Shown here piece after piece: positions 37,985-50,248 of a DNA stretch of 64,000 bases. A program made the translations under genes and the position numbers. The DNA is from Neophaeotheca triangularis (taxonomy: Eukaryota): contig BAAIJX010000001.1 of assembly GCA_054600435.1 (NCBI GenBank), positions 744,001 to 808,000 on the forward strand, written 5' to 3'. The notes below the pieces were generated by a model, which did no database searches, was not told where the DNA came from, and saw only the letters and a program-made list of their open reading frames with translations. Within the stretch, counting starts at the first letter, position 1. Every line of letters starts with the position of its first letter.

Positions 37985-38380
37985 TGTTGCAAGGCACGTG
38001 ACAGGGTTGGGTAGTAGCTAGGTAGGTAAGGTTAGCTACAGTAGTAGGTAGGAAAAGTGATGTATCAGGTCAGGTCAGGTACCTGTGAGTGAATGCTGGT
38101 CGTCAAGATAAAGGCCTAAGGTTGTGGTAGACGCCGGCCTAGCTCCGCCTAGCGCGCGTGTGCACGGCCCCCGATTTCCGCAAAGCTGCAGACGCCCGCA
38201 ACCTAAGCCGCAACCTTTGACCGCGTCCCGGAAGTCTCCCGTCTCCCGTCTCCTCGAAAGACCTGTAGAACTAACTACCTTAGGTACCTGGCCTGGCTTG
38301 ACCTGACCTGACCTTCTACTTCTCTTCCTTTCCCCCCACAATACCCTTCCCTCCCCCCTTTCCCCCCCCTTCCCGTCCTC

Positions 38381-40110
38381 ATGGCCTACCACAATTTTCC
38401 CCTCTCACCAGACCCCTCAATGGCCCAGCAGCAACAGCACCTTTCTGCTATGATGAATAGTATGGGCTTGAACGGTGCCGAAGCAAACGGCAGCTCGTCC
38501 GGAGGTTACCTGGAAAAGCTCGAAGGCTTCAGGAGAAGCGATGCCGCTCGAGATGAAATGGTTACTGAGCTTGTCAACAAACTCTCCCATTTGGAAGCGC
38601 GGTACAACGAGAAGTGCGACGACTATAACAATGAGGTCGAGTCTCGGCGCATGTGGCAGGCTAAAGCCAGCGCCAACGAACGCGCCGTCACCTCCTTGAA
38701 GCAGGCTTCTGTAAGCTTTGAGTTCATAAAAACTGCACCACCCAGTAAACTAACAAACTCACAGGGTGCTAGCTCATTCGCTCTCGTGATAATCGACGGC
38801 GATGGGGCTATAGTGAGCATCTCTTGGCGGGGCTACCGAGGACTGTCAACTAACACCTGACCAGTTCCAAGACTACCTTCTTCGCCAAGGCCGAGAAGGC
38901 GGTGCAGAAGCAGCGCACCAGCTCTACACGCATATCAAAGATCACCTCCTAAGCATCTATCCGGACGCCAATGTGGCGGACTGGAGTATCGTCGTGCACA
39001 TTTTTTTGAACCTTGAAGGCCTAGCTAAGAAGCTGCATGCCTCGGGCCTCATTGCGAATCCCAACGAACTCGCGGCGTTCGGTCGGCAATTCGGTCTATC
39101 TCAGCCTATGTTCAATTTCTTCGACGTCGGCAGTGGCAAAGAGCGTGCCGACTACAAAGTTCGAAGCACGCTCGCTCTCTATCTGCGTAACACCCAGTGC
39201 AAGCACATCTTCTTCGGCCCGTGTGCGGACAATGGCTACTTGCCTGCACTGGAGCCCTACAAGAAGGACAGCACTGTCACTTCTCGACTGACCTTGATCG
39301 AAACCACCCCCGCTGAACCTGGCTTCATCAGCCTGGGCTTCAACCGCATCCACATGCCAGGGGTCTTCCGGTCCGATCAGCTGCCTAACGCTCGCCCTCC
39401 TGTCTCTTACGGTATTTCTTCGCCGCAGCAGTCGCTTGCGAACCCAGTCACGAACCGGACCAACTCAGGCCTACAGTCATCGGCTACAGCATTCGTGCCA
39501 ACTAGTACCAAAAGCCCCAGCCCAGCCCCATCCGTAGATTCTGGTAACGGGAATTCATCCTGGGCGACTATTGGCAAGGGTACAGTTGGGAAAAACATCA
39601 ACATTACTCCCAAGAAGCAAGCGGACCGCCCCCACGTTATTCTCAATGCCTACGATGAACGCCTCGACAAGAAGCTGCCGGGCTCCGACCCTGCAGCAGA
39701 GAAGAGGTTTGCCGACCGCATCAAGACCAGTGGTAAACTTTGCAACAGCTATCACCTTAGCGGCAAATGCCCCCGGATGGAATACTGTGACTACAAGCAC
39801 GGTGAGAGGTTGAGTCCCGGTGAACAGCTCGTGCTCAGGCACAAGGCGAGGACTCTAAGTTGCCCTGAGAAGTACCAGTGCAGGGATGTCAATTGCCCGA
39901 ACGGTCATATCTGCAAAATGGGCTCCGACTGCTACATGAGCGACGAACAATGCTGGTTTGGTGATACGCATGGGATGGATCGGTAAGGATACAACTTGCT
40001 TTTGAATTGAACAAATTGCTAATACTTTGCCTGCCAGTGAGCCTGCGAGGAAGATGTACGAAGATGGCACAGAAGAGTGGCTTCAGTCGTATCTCGAGAA
40101 GGCTAGGTGA
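38381..40110 (+). CDS. CCCH zinc-finger protein with coiled coil and central conserved (NYN/PIN-like) domain, 4 exons
   Basis: Motifs FALVIIDGDGAIF, FFDVGSGKERADYK and QCKHIFFG..DNGY. CCCH CNSYHLSGKCPRMEYCDYKH plus further Cys/His fingers. Last intron 39983-40037; stop 40108-40110. Confidence 0.82.
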
Positions 40111-40757
40111 TCGGTCGGCCTGGGCAACAGATTGTATGTCAGAAAGCATTATCAACCTCACGTACTCTCGTTTTCCTGTCGGATTTCTGCTTGAGCTTCA
40201 ACGCTCGATAAACCTCTTCCTCGGTTTTCTTCACCTCGCATCTTCCACTTTCCGGGAGCTTCCGCGAAGGCACAAAGGACACATAGTGTGCACGAGGGAT
40301 GATCATGGTCTCCCACCAAGGTAATAGTTTAGAACCGAAGCATGCCTAAAGCGGTGCTTTAGGCGAGACGCTTGGCAAGGGCAGGAGCTCGTTTCACCCC
40401 TCTTTACTACTGCAGGAGCCCAACCATGCATGGAATCAGCAGCCAATGAATCCTCGTTCAACAATGTGCCCGCGCAGCAATCTCCAATCTTGATCCTTGG
40501 CGACGCCGAAGAACACTGTTGCAGCGCCATCTGCTCAGCCATGCCTTCCAAGGTTCTCAGCTCACGCCATCGTCAGGCTGAAGACGCTGCACCCGCCTTT
40601 TACGGTACTTGAAACCAACCGCCCCGAAGCTTTTATGCGGTGTGAGTCTTCGAGTTTGCAACTTTTTACCTATGCCGAGCGAGCAGCCGCAGTCTCGTAG
40701 CTTGGTCGATCCATCCTGCAAAACTGCACTGATCTCGGCAGCAAGCAAGCCAGCAAA

Positions 40758-41801
40758 ATGCCGGATTGGGCGGACATCCTACCATCCTGGATATCCAATG
40801 AAAGGACAAACGTATCTCTCGACGCGGCGGGTCTCGTAGCGCTCGCCGACCTGACAACCACAGCTCAAAGGACCGTCCTCACCGGTTCGTCCTCTTTCTT
40901 GGATCCTCTAATCCTTTGCCCTGGCCTACATAGGCAGCAAGACGCGCCTAGTCTTAACGGCGGGGAATATCCGGCCTGCGCAGCTCTCACCACCGGCTAC
41001 GTCTTCCGTGTCGAGAACTCGGCTGCTGTCTTCTATCTGCAACAAGTCGGTCGGACGGGATGCCTCACCAGACTAAGTGTCTCCCGACCAAGTCAGGACG
41101 AGGCTGTTTGGCCAAAGCTCTCCCGCAGTATCGTGGGGATTTCTAGCCCTATGACATCCGGCCTCTTCGCCACGCTGATGTATCTCGCCATCCCGGTCCT
41201 GACGGTAGGCGCAATAACCCTCGTTCTCCTCCTCAGAGACTGGTGGGGCTTGACCGTGCTCCTTATCCTGGTATTCTCTCGTCTCATAAACACCCTGATC
41301 ATCCGAGCCCGCAACGAACCCGGCTGGAAAGGCGCCCCAGAACCCAACGTGCGTGGCGACCTTTTGATCCTGCTAAGCCAGGACCGTTGGATTCGCTTGC
41401 GGGGCTACGTCGACGACCTCAAAGCCGTGACTTCTGGACAGTGGCTGCGCGACCCGACATTCGCTGAAGACTCACTCAAGGCATTGGCGACGGTGCTAGT
41501 CTATCTAGACGCCGCTTTGGCTGGGAACGCGCGGCAAGAGACCAAAGTTTTATTGCTGGTGCTGCTGCTGGCTTCGGCTGCTCTGCTCACTCTTGCCAAT
41601 AGAGGGAGTAATGTGCTGGAGCTCCACGGGAGAGTTGTCAGCGTGGAGGGCGAAGCGAAGAAGTATAAAAGGAGGTTGGATTTGGCCGAAGAACTGATCA
41701 AGGAGACGGGAGATCGTCATTGGGCCATCAAGATGGGCATGATCCCTCCCGAGAGCGGAGAGGAGAAGGCCAAAACTCAGGAAGAGCCTGCCATTATGTA
41801 G
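40758..41801 (+). CDS. Fungal membrane protein of unknown function
   Basis: 347-aa intronless ORF with several TM helices and motif-like segments (LDAAGLVALADL, GWKGAPEP..RGDLLILLSQDRWIRLRG, YKRRLDLAEELI). Confidence 0.75.
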   Translation: MPDWADILPSWISNERTNVSLDAAGLVALADLTTTAQRTVLTGSSSFLDPLILCPGLHRQQDAPSLNGGEYPACAALTTGYVFRVENSAAVFYLQQVGRTGCLTRLSVSRPSQDEAVWPKLSRSIVGISSPMTSGLFATLMYLAIPVLTVGAITLVLLLRDWWGLTVLLILVFSRLINTLIIRARNEPGWKGAPEPNVRGDLLILLSQDRWIRLRGYVDDLKAVTSGQWLRDPTFAEDSLKALATVLVYLDAALAGNARQETKVLLLVLLLASAALLTLANRGSNVLELHGRVVSVEGEAKKYKRRLDLAEELIKETGDRHWAIKMGMIPPESGEEKAKTQEEPAIM

Positions 41802-44800
41802 GTTCCGGAGGCAAAACCACATGTCGAAGCATTCCAGACTCTTGGCTGCCAACAGACACTGGCCCTGAAGTCACCATGTAGTGCACTGGAGGCAACGGCA
41901 ACTTAAGTTGCCTTCTCCTGGTCGCAGTCCACCTCTTCCCGACTTGTCAGTTTCACGCAACGATACTACCAGAGATGCTTCACCATCAGCTCCTCGACGG
42001 TATTCCAGCGTATGCTTCCAAGGTAATCAAGTATGCAGTATAACACGCCGGACAGAAGGTCCGGTAATGGAATTCCCGCACGCCACGCCATTGACCCACG
42101 TACTTCGCGCTCAGCTTCTCCGTGGTTCTGTAGACGAGACCGGAGACGTCCACCAAGTCATACGCAGGTGTTGCACCACGCTCGTTCGAGATCGGAGGAA
42201 GGTGAGTGGCGGATGTCGCGGTTTCTTCAATGTACAAGGCAAGCTTTTGTAAGCTTCTGTGGCATACGAAGTAAGGTAGTAGTGTCTGGGGAGACTTTCA
42301 TATGGATAAAAGGGTGTCATTGACGAACGCCTTCTCCCCCTCTTCAAGATTCCTCTGTACCTCCGTATATATAAATCGGGACATTGGACCCGCCGAGAAT
42401 AGTGACCACGTCCAATCCCATGCGGAGTCACCTTGAATCAGGATTCTTGGCCGATGACTCCGAACCCCGTCCCGTAGAGGCTACTCCGTAGTACTTGGAC
42501 GCCGTAGGATACATCCGTCGACTCGTTACGGAGTCACAATGATTTAGTGCGGGGCGGGAAGGCAAGTGCTTGGTCCGAACGATCAAGAGTCATCTTTGCT
42601 GCCTAGGACATAAGAGTCGTATACGACGTTTACTTGCTCCCCTCTCGACTTCGACACCTTCGACTGCTGATGGGCCTCATAGCTATCGCATGGGAGTCCA
42701 CATCTTCGAGATCATGCTCAACGAGCTCTTTTCACATACTTGACCACTGCGCATCGACGCGACAGCACCTCATACTCGCTCGGCCTGACTGCCCGAAGCC
42801 TCTGATCGCGGACTCTTAACACGAGAAAGCAGTAAATACGGCCCTCATCCGACTCTTCACCAAGCATTGCCTACAAGCAAGGCTGCAGTCGACGCCAAGG
42901 CCTGCCACAAGCCTTTTGACACTCACACCAGCGAAGTAAGCACTGCTGGAGCAGTTCAAATAAGCCTCGATAGCTGCCTACGCAGGAGAACGGCTCCAGG
43001 CCACTCGACCGAGTTCGCATCCCGACTCCCCCTCCGGAACAGCTACCACTCGTCTTCTGATGGGCTCTCAAAAGGTGCATCGCCTCGACCTCACAATATG
43101 CGCTCAATCTCACGCCATGGACGACCGAAGCGCGTGCAATGCTTGCATTAGCGAAGCGCGTACTGGCCAGAGCATTCCAAAATGCGTGTTGGAGATACCA
43201 GTACGCTGGCTCCGGATAGTTCGCATGGAAGACCTGCAGCGAAGGATCCACCGTGCGATGATTCACATTGGCCCGACGGACAACGGTTGATATCTCAGAC
43301 GTCCCCCAGCAATGCGGTTGTGTCGAATCGATATCGCCAGCCGCTGGATTTCCGATATCAACGTCCGAGTCTCGCGCAGGGCTGTCTAGCAAGATTGTTC
43401 TCGAATTATCTCCGAGAGGGCACTACGATTCATGCAGACTTGAACAATCTCCAAGAAGTCCAGAATGTCGACTCGAGCTGCAGAACGGATTCATGCCCCG
43501 CCGCAGGGGTGCATTTTTTGTTAATAATAAGAGTTCGGGCCACAGAGCTGCCGACTGGGCGACCGGCGTCGAGAGGGCGGAAAAATAGAGGGCTCGCTTC
43601 TCAAGCCTCAAAGCTTCGCTCGGCAAGATAACCTACACCAAGGGCGGCCACACTAACGGCTAGCCTACAGCTTTTGATCATGTGTGCGATGTGTGCGCAC
43701 GGATGGCACAGTCGCCTTGCCTTGCCCTAGCCCACCATGTTCACCAGCTTGCCCTGTTCTCCTGGCTCGAGCCTGACCGTAATCATTGATACTAGTGATA
43801 TCGTCGTTGCCGACAGAGGACACACGATATCGCACTCGAAGAACGACTGCTAGCTTCGCGACGTGTCAAACAGCAACACAAGCTACAGCCGCGAAGATCC
43901 GAGGCAGCTTCAGCACATCTGCCCTGCATCACGCCAACAACCGAACAAATCGAGAACCTAGGTAAAGGCCAATATATGGGTATCAGCCTATCAGGTCACC
44001 AAGTCGGCCAAGAAGCACTAATACATCGCTTGACAACGTCCATGGCTGCTACGGTAGTACTACCCCACCATCTATTTCGCTATTCGAAAGTCTGGCTAAA
44101 AGCTTCGGAATCCTTCAAGCCTTCCAATCTCCATCCTGAGAACGTCTTGATAAGCAGATTCAAAGACATCGCGGCTTGTCAATCTGTGGTCGCCCCGGTG
44201 CTGCTACGACGACGACCTGCTGTCATGAATACGGAAGCAAGGACAAACACTACAGCGCTGTGGTATTACAACAGGGTCTTCATCAGTGGCGAATCGCGAG
44301 TCGACCATTAGTTATCTGTTGCTGTTACTTGTACTGCGGGCGCCATCAATCAGGATTCAGACCCCTACGGTCACCCCGGAATTCCCATATCAAAGATACC
44401 AGCTCCTCGGGCGCCGTGTCCAATACAGGCCAGTCAATCTGAAGATGCTGGTTCCGGCGTGGTCCCTGACTCCCCTCTAACTTCTTTTTCGGCTTAAGGC
44501 CCTCCCTGTCTTGACGCTAGACGAGCCAACCCCTCGGTCCAAGCGGTCTAAGGCTACCAAACTTCACGCCAACGCTGCCATCTCGGCTTGATTTGCCGTG
44601 CACGGCTTGTTTTCACCTATGGCTGGTGCTACGGTTACATAACATGAAGCTAGACGCCGTACTCCTCCACCGGGACAGCAGCCTATTCAGGAAGGTGATC
44701 AGTCGTATTCTGTTTGGGTTATCTTTGCTATCTTTTGGTGGGCGGGGGTCGCGTGCTCTCGCGTGCTGTGTGTGCTGTGTCTGGATGGCAGCACTAACTC

Positions 44801-44964
44801 CAACCCAGCACTGACCATGTGCAGGTTCCCTGGGACGGTGGGTTCATAAATGTGCTGACCCCCCACCCTCCCTCGTGGATCGGCATCCTGTGTTCGCATT
44901 CATTCAAGGCCGTGTCGCTGAGCTACGCCTACATTTCTCCTTATCCCTTTGAACCACCGCAAAC

Positions 44965-46880
44965 ATGGCGATGGTTGGCCACGATGCAGAGATGGCCTAC
45001 GTAGCTGAGGCACGTAGGCAATCCGTTACTTCCGTCGAGAAGAAGCATTCCATCGACGAGAAGGGCCCAAATGTCGAATCCGGAAGCATTGGCTACGATA
45101 AGCCTCGCTACGAAGGCGAGCCTTCCGACGACGATTACAAGAACCTGCGCCGTGTTTCTGGCAAGATCCCCTGGACCGTATACACCGTCACCTTTGTCGA
45201 GTTTTGCGAGCGTTTCAGTTACTACGGCACGACTGTCGTCTTCGTCAACTTTATCCAACAAAGCCGCCCATATGGCTCGGCCACTGGTGCCATCAACTTG
45301 AGCGAGGAGTGCTTGAGCCGCTTCGACGAGGCCACTTGCTCTCAGCCTGGCGGTCTCGGACAGGGTCAGCAAGCTTCTACTGGATTGGTCACCTTCAATG
45401 CGTTCTGGGCCTACCTCATGCCTCTGGTCGGTGGCTACGTCGCTGATACTTATCTCGGCCGCTTTGCTGTAAGTCGACCTTCGATTCCATGGAACTGATT
45501 TGTAGCAAATCTGACATCTTCCAGACAATCCAATGGTCCATCCTCTTCGCCATCATCGGTCACATCATCCTCATCGTCTCGGCTATTCCCTCTGTCATGG
45601 ACAGCGAGAATGGTGCTCTCGGCTGCTTCGCCATTGGTCTCGTTATCATGGGTATTGGTACTGGTGGTTTCAAATCAAACATCTCTCCCCTGATGGGTGA
45701 GCAAATCTCAGACGACCGCCCAACCATTGTCGTCCAGAAATCCGGAGAACGTGTCATCAGGGACCCTGCCGTCACCATCTCCAGAATGTTCCTCTACTTC
45801 TACCTCATGATCAACCTTGGCAGCTTGGGCGGACAAATCGGCATGGTTTACGCTGAGCGCAACGTCGGATTTTGGCTATCTTACGCCATGCCAACTTGGC
45901 TGTTCTTCATCGCCCCAATCGTCCTCTTCGCTTGCAAGAAATTCTACATCCGTAGCCCCCCCACGGGCTCTGTGCTTCCCAACTCCATGAAGCTGCTGAA
46001 GCTCGCCTGCAAAGGCAGCTGGTCGCCAAACCCGGTCAAGACCTACAAGAACCTTACTCGTCCTGGATTCTGGGATGCCGTCAAGCCAAGCAGACTTGGC
46101 TCCAACGCCCCTGTTTGGATGAACTCGCTCGATGACTCCTGGGTTGAGCAGGTCGCTCGTGGTTTGAACGCGTGTAAGGTCTTCTTCTGGATGCCCCTTT
46201 ACTGGCTCGCATACAACCAGATGACCGCAAACTTGACGTCTCAGGCCGCTACCATGGACCTCGATGGTGTGCCCAACGACCTCATCAACTCTCTCAACCC
46301 CATCACCCTTGTCATTTTCATCCCCATCATGGACGCCTTCATCTACCCAGCTCTCCGCAAGGCCCGCATTCGCTTCACCCCCCTCAAGCGTATCACAGCC
46401 GGTTTCCTCATCGCCTCCGCAGCCATGGTCACCTCAGCTGTGCTCCAGCACTACATCTACGACATGTCCCCCTGCCCGGCCGACAGTGTGCAAGGCGACC
46501 CCAGCTGCCACGCTCCCATCAACGTCTGGGTCCAAGCCCTCACCTACTGTCTCATCGCCTTCTCCGAAATCTTCGCCTCCATCTCCACTCTCGAGTACGC
46601 CTTCAGCAAGGCTCCCGAGAACATGCGCGGCCTCGTCATGGGTGTCAACCTCTTCTCCAACGCCCTGTCAGCCGCCATCGGTCAGGCTTTCAACCCCTTG
46701 GTCGCAGACCCGCTCCTCGTCTGGAACTACGGCGTCGTTGCCGTTTTGGCTTTTGTCGGCGGTGTCGGTTTCTGGATCACCTGGAGATCTCTCGATGCTA
46801 GGGAGGACGAGCTCAACCACATCGAGGCCTCCAAGTATGTTGGCAAGGAAACTGGTCGCGGCGATGAAGAATCCAACTAG
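44965..46880 (+). CDS. PTR2: POT/PTR family di/tri-peptide transporter, 2 exons
   Basis: ExxERFxYYG motif (EFCERFSYYG), GGYVADTYLGRF, GTGGFKSNI and FYLMINLGSL. Intron 45469-45524. Confidence 0.95.
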
Positions 46881-47601
46881 ATTCGCAGCGGGTTGTGATG
46901 TGTGCATGATTTCTTATTTATATACCTTGAGTATGACTAGTTGAATGAATTTAATCTTGATCAAGTTTCAACTCCCATGATAGCCACAATCTTCCAAAAC
47001 TTCCCACATGGTTGCCCCTAACTTCTCATCACCCCAGCCCTTGAAACATACGAATTTTCCAACACAGCTTGGATATGTAGGTAACATTGCTACTAGAACG
47101 ATACTCAGTAAACCTGCTCTGGCGAGCGATCAGGGGCTGCGAAAGGCCTCTACATAGTGATTCTCGGCTCACACGCGCACATAGCCCCCTGCATCGTCGA
47201 CCCAGCTGTGGTGCTCTGATCTTTCCCACTGGAGCCATCGAAACGCCCCTGAGCGAGCACTACCGAGTGTACCGAGTGGGAATTAATTGCTAAGCTGAAT
47301 GGATGTTCTTTGAGGAAGAGACTGCGCTTTCCCTTCGCCATCTAGCAGTAATAGTACTCTGTTTCATCGTACTAGTCATGGTTTCGAGTTGAGATGTGTG
47401 CTTTCAACTACATGTACTTGTATGTTTGCCTTAGTAAGGTAGTGACAGGAAGCCCCAGAGTGCACGGATCAACTCAAGTCCGTAATCGTCACCATTGCTA
47501 GGCGAGCGAGCTCCTCAAGCATACCTTACCTCGCAACTGGTACACTTTACGACTTGAAGACGACATCACCCGTACCATAACAGCACGTCCAATACACACC
47601 A

Positions 47602-49011
47602 ATGTCAGCCCCTACTAGACCAGCCATGCGCCTCTTGTCACCTCGCGTGCAGCATTACATGCGCACTGGCCGAAGATGCGTTCCTTCTCTGCCCGCCAAG
47701 GCCATTATTGGCCAGCAGACGAGATGCCTCTCCTCCCGTTACAGCAATCCGAGTAGACGCTCAGCATCCACCGCTCCCAGTCAGGAGTCTTTCTTCGTAG
47801 ATCCAACGCTCAGCCGCGACGATGCGCTATTCAACCGCCCGGCAGCAGGAAGCGAACAGACTTTCAACCCTTTGGATGCAAGAGCTGCCCAAATCGCCGG
47901 TGAAGAGAAGAGGCAGTACCATCTGAACAGGATGCGCTTTGCCGGTGTTGGTATGGCATTGAGTTTTGTCGCACTGGTGCTGTCCATCTACAACATCGAC
48001 TTGGACGACATGGAGAAGGCTGAGAAAGGTCGTAGCTCGAACAAGCTGCAGCTGGACGCTTCAAACGAAGCCAACAAGGAGTTTCAGGGTAGGGAGGTTC
48101 ACATCATAGGGAGAGGAGAGGACAAGAGAATCACTGCGCAAGGTCCTAGCGGGGAGATCGAGCTCGTCGAAACTGGTACAAGCAGCGTGCCGCACTTCCC
48201 CAAAACGATCTACCTGCCCACCTCACCTTCATCCTCGGCACCCACAGACTCCCCCACCGCAGTCGGCACAGCGGCTCCCAACGCCCGTGAGAACCCAGGC
48301 AATGCCGCCAACCAAGAAGAATACACGCTACTCGGTCTCGGCATTCGCACTGTCTCCTTCCTCAGCATCCAAGTCTACGTCGTAGGCATGTACATCCGCA
48401 CCAAAGACATATCCAGTCTGCAAGAGAAGCTCATCCACAAGATCAACCCGGAAGCCTCGACACTCATTCCGTCGGAGAAGGGCGAGCTGCAGCGCCGTCT
48501 CTCCGACCCGGAAAGCAGCCGCGAGTTGTGGACCGAATTGCTCGCAGTGCCCGGCATGAAGACGGCGTGGCGTATCGCGCCGACCAGAAATACCGATTTC
48601 GCGCACTTGAGGGATGGCTGGATTACGGGCATTAACAAGCGTATTACGGAAGCGCGGCAGGCGGCCGGACAGGATACCGAGCTCGACGGCGACGCTTTTG
48701 GCGAGTCAATGAGGCATTTCAAGGGTATCTTTGCCGGCGGCAAGGCCCCCAAGGGGAGTGTCATGATTCTTGCGCGGGACAGAATGGGCGCGCTGGATGT
48801 GCTGTTCCAAGAGAAGCCCGAGCAGCTGGGCGGGGACAAGGAGATGCAGGTGCTGGGTAAGGTCGAGGACGAGCGGGTTGCGAAGCTGATCTGGCTGGGT
48901 TACCTGGGTGGCAAGAATGTGAGTTCTGAGGCTGCGAGGCAGGGAGTCGTTGATGGTGCTGTCAAGTTTGCCAGCAGGCCTGTTGGGAGTGTCGAGACCA
49001 TGGTCACTTGA
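47602..49011 (+). CDS. Mitochondrial chalcone-isomerase-fold protein (Aim18/Aim46-like)
   Basis: Arg/Ser-rich presequence, one TM segment, and motifs LLGLGIRTVSFLSIQVYVVGMY, PTRNTDFAHLRDG and YLGGKNVSSEAAR. Confidence 0.85.
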   Translation: MSAPTRPAMRLLSPRVQHYMRTGRRCVPSLPAKAIIGQQTRCLSSRYSNPSRRSASTAPSQESFFVDPTLSRDDALFNRPAAGSEQTFNPLDARAAQIAGEEKRQYHLNRMRFAGVGMALSFVALVLSIYNIDLDDMEKAEKGRSSNKLQLDASNEANKEFQGREVHIIGRGEDKRITAQGPSGEIELVETGTSSVPHFPKTIYLPTSPSSSAPTDSPTAVGTAAPNARENPGNAANQEEYTLLGLGIRTVSFLSIQVYVVGMYIRTKDISSLQEKLIHKINPEASTLIPSEKGELQRRLSDPESSRELWTELLAVPGMKTAWRIAPTRNTDFAHLRDGWITGINKRITEARQAAGQDTELDGDAFGESMRHFKGIFAGGKAPKGSVMILARDRMGALDVLFQEKPEQLGGDKEMQVLGKVEDERVAKLIWLGYLGGKNVSSEAARQGVVDGAVKFASRPVGSVETMVT

Positions 49012-50248
49012 GCGTGATTTGCCGGTGCTCATTTTAGCTAATCGTGTACATTATTTACACTGAAGGTCCCTCATCCTAAGCGTGAGCTTCGTTGCACAAC
49101 GTCCTTGGTGGCATTTTGCAGCGCGGCTACGGGCAGCTCTGGGACTGACTTGGAGCCTTTGTGCGCCCACGTGTCCTCGTTCCCGACGGAGATATGCCTT
49201 TTCCTTGAAAGATCGAGGAGGGGCAGCTGACCTTATCCTGAGCCACCGCAAGCAATCCTCAACCGGACACTAGACACTAACCGACAGGTATGAAGTCTGG
49301 ATGAACGCCGAATACAAGGCCAGACAAAACGCAGTGAAAACGAACGAGCATCCGACCCAGATGCCCCCGAAAACCAACATAATTTTGTCAGCCTCGCCCG
49401 GCTTACGAAGGGATCGAAAAGACATAAGTCATCACTCACGTGGCAGCCGGGAGCGTTTCTGAGCGCAAGGCTTGCCATGAGATATTGTGACCCCGGCAAT
49501 TTGATGCTTCCTGGGTTAGGGACTTCCTCATCGGTCGCATGTTACTGCCTTGTCGCAGCCCTTTGAGGGCGTCGGCGTGTACTTTGACGTTGGCTAAGTG
49601 CGCACCATGGACGAATATTTGAGTCGAGCACGATCAACCTCTCTCTTTTTCCAGGTGTGCGAGGCGCTTGAAGGTCGGCCAATCTCGAGCCATTAGATGG
49701 CTGTGGTCAGTTTGAAGTTCAGTGTTGTAGGGTCAAGGAAAGAAGGCAAGATACGAGTTCTGGCGAAGGCATACCCTTTAGCGATAGAGCGTCGGTCCTC
49801 TCCCACTTTGACGACATCGCCTCGCACCTTGACTCCTGGTACACGGTGTGTTGATTGCTGACATGTATCCTGGCACCCTGCTGCACGGAGGGCTAATTAG
49901 AATTGGCTTGGGATCCTTACATGAGGACTGCAGTAAAGTGCGCAACGTCGAACCCAATGTGGAAGTAAGCATCTAACTACCACAAGACCTGGTGAAGCTA
50001 AACGAATCACTTTAAGCAATTTAAGCCGCTCAATCTCTCAGCTCTACAGGCCCCTGCCTGCACGGGTTGCCTCACCAGCAGAGGTGCAAGGGTGGTTGCC
50101 AAGGGAGTCAGCTTGAGCTGTCAGCTCTTCGAGCGGCTGAAACACAGTCACGACAGATACGCAGTGAATATAAGACACTCGCTGCGACTACTACTCTTGA
50201 CTATTTGGAACTTCAAGTCGTCTGTGAATCTCAAAATACCGAACGAGA

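Noticed and set aside
41850..44900. ORFs of 80-173 aa in the 3-kb gap upstream of PTR2
   Set aside because: No recognisable motifs, codon bias or coherent splice model. A decayed gene cannot be excluded.
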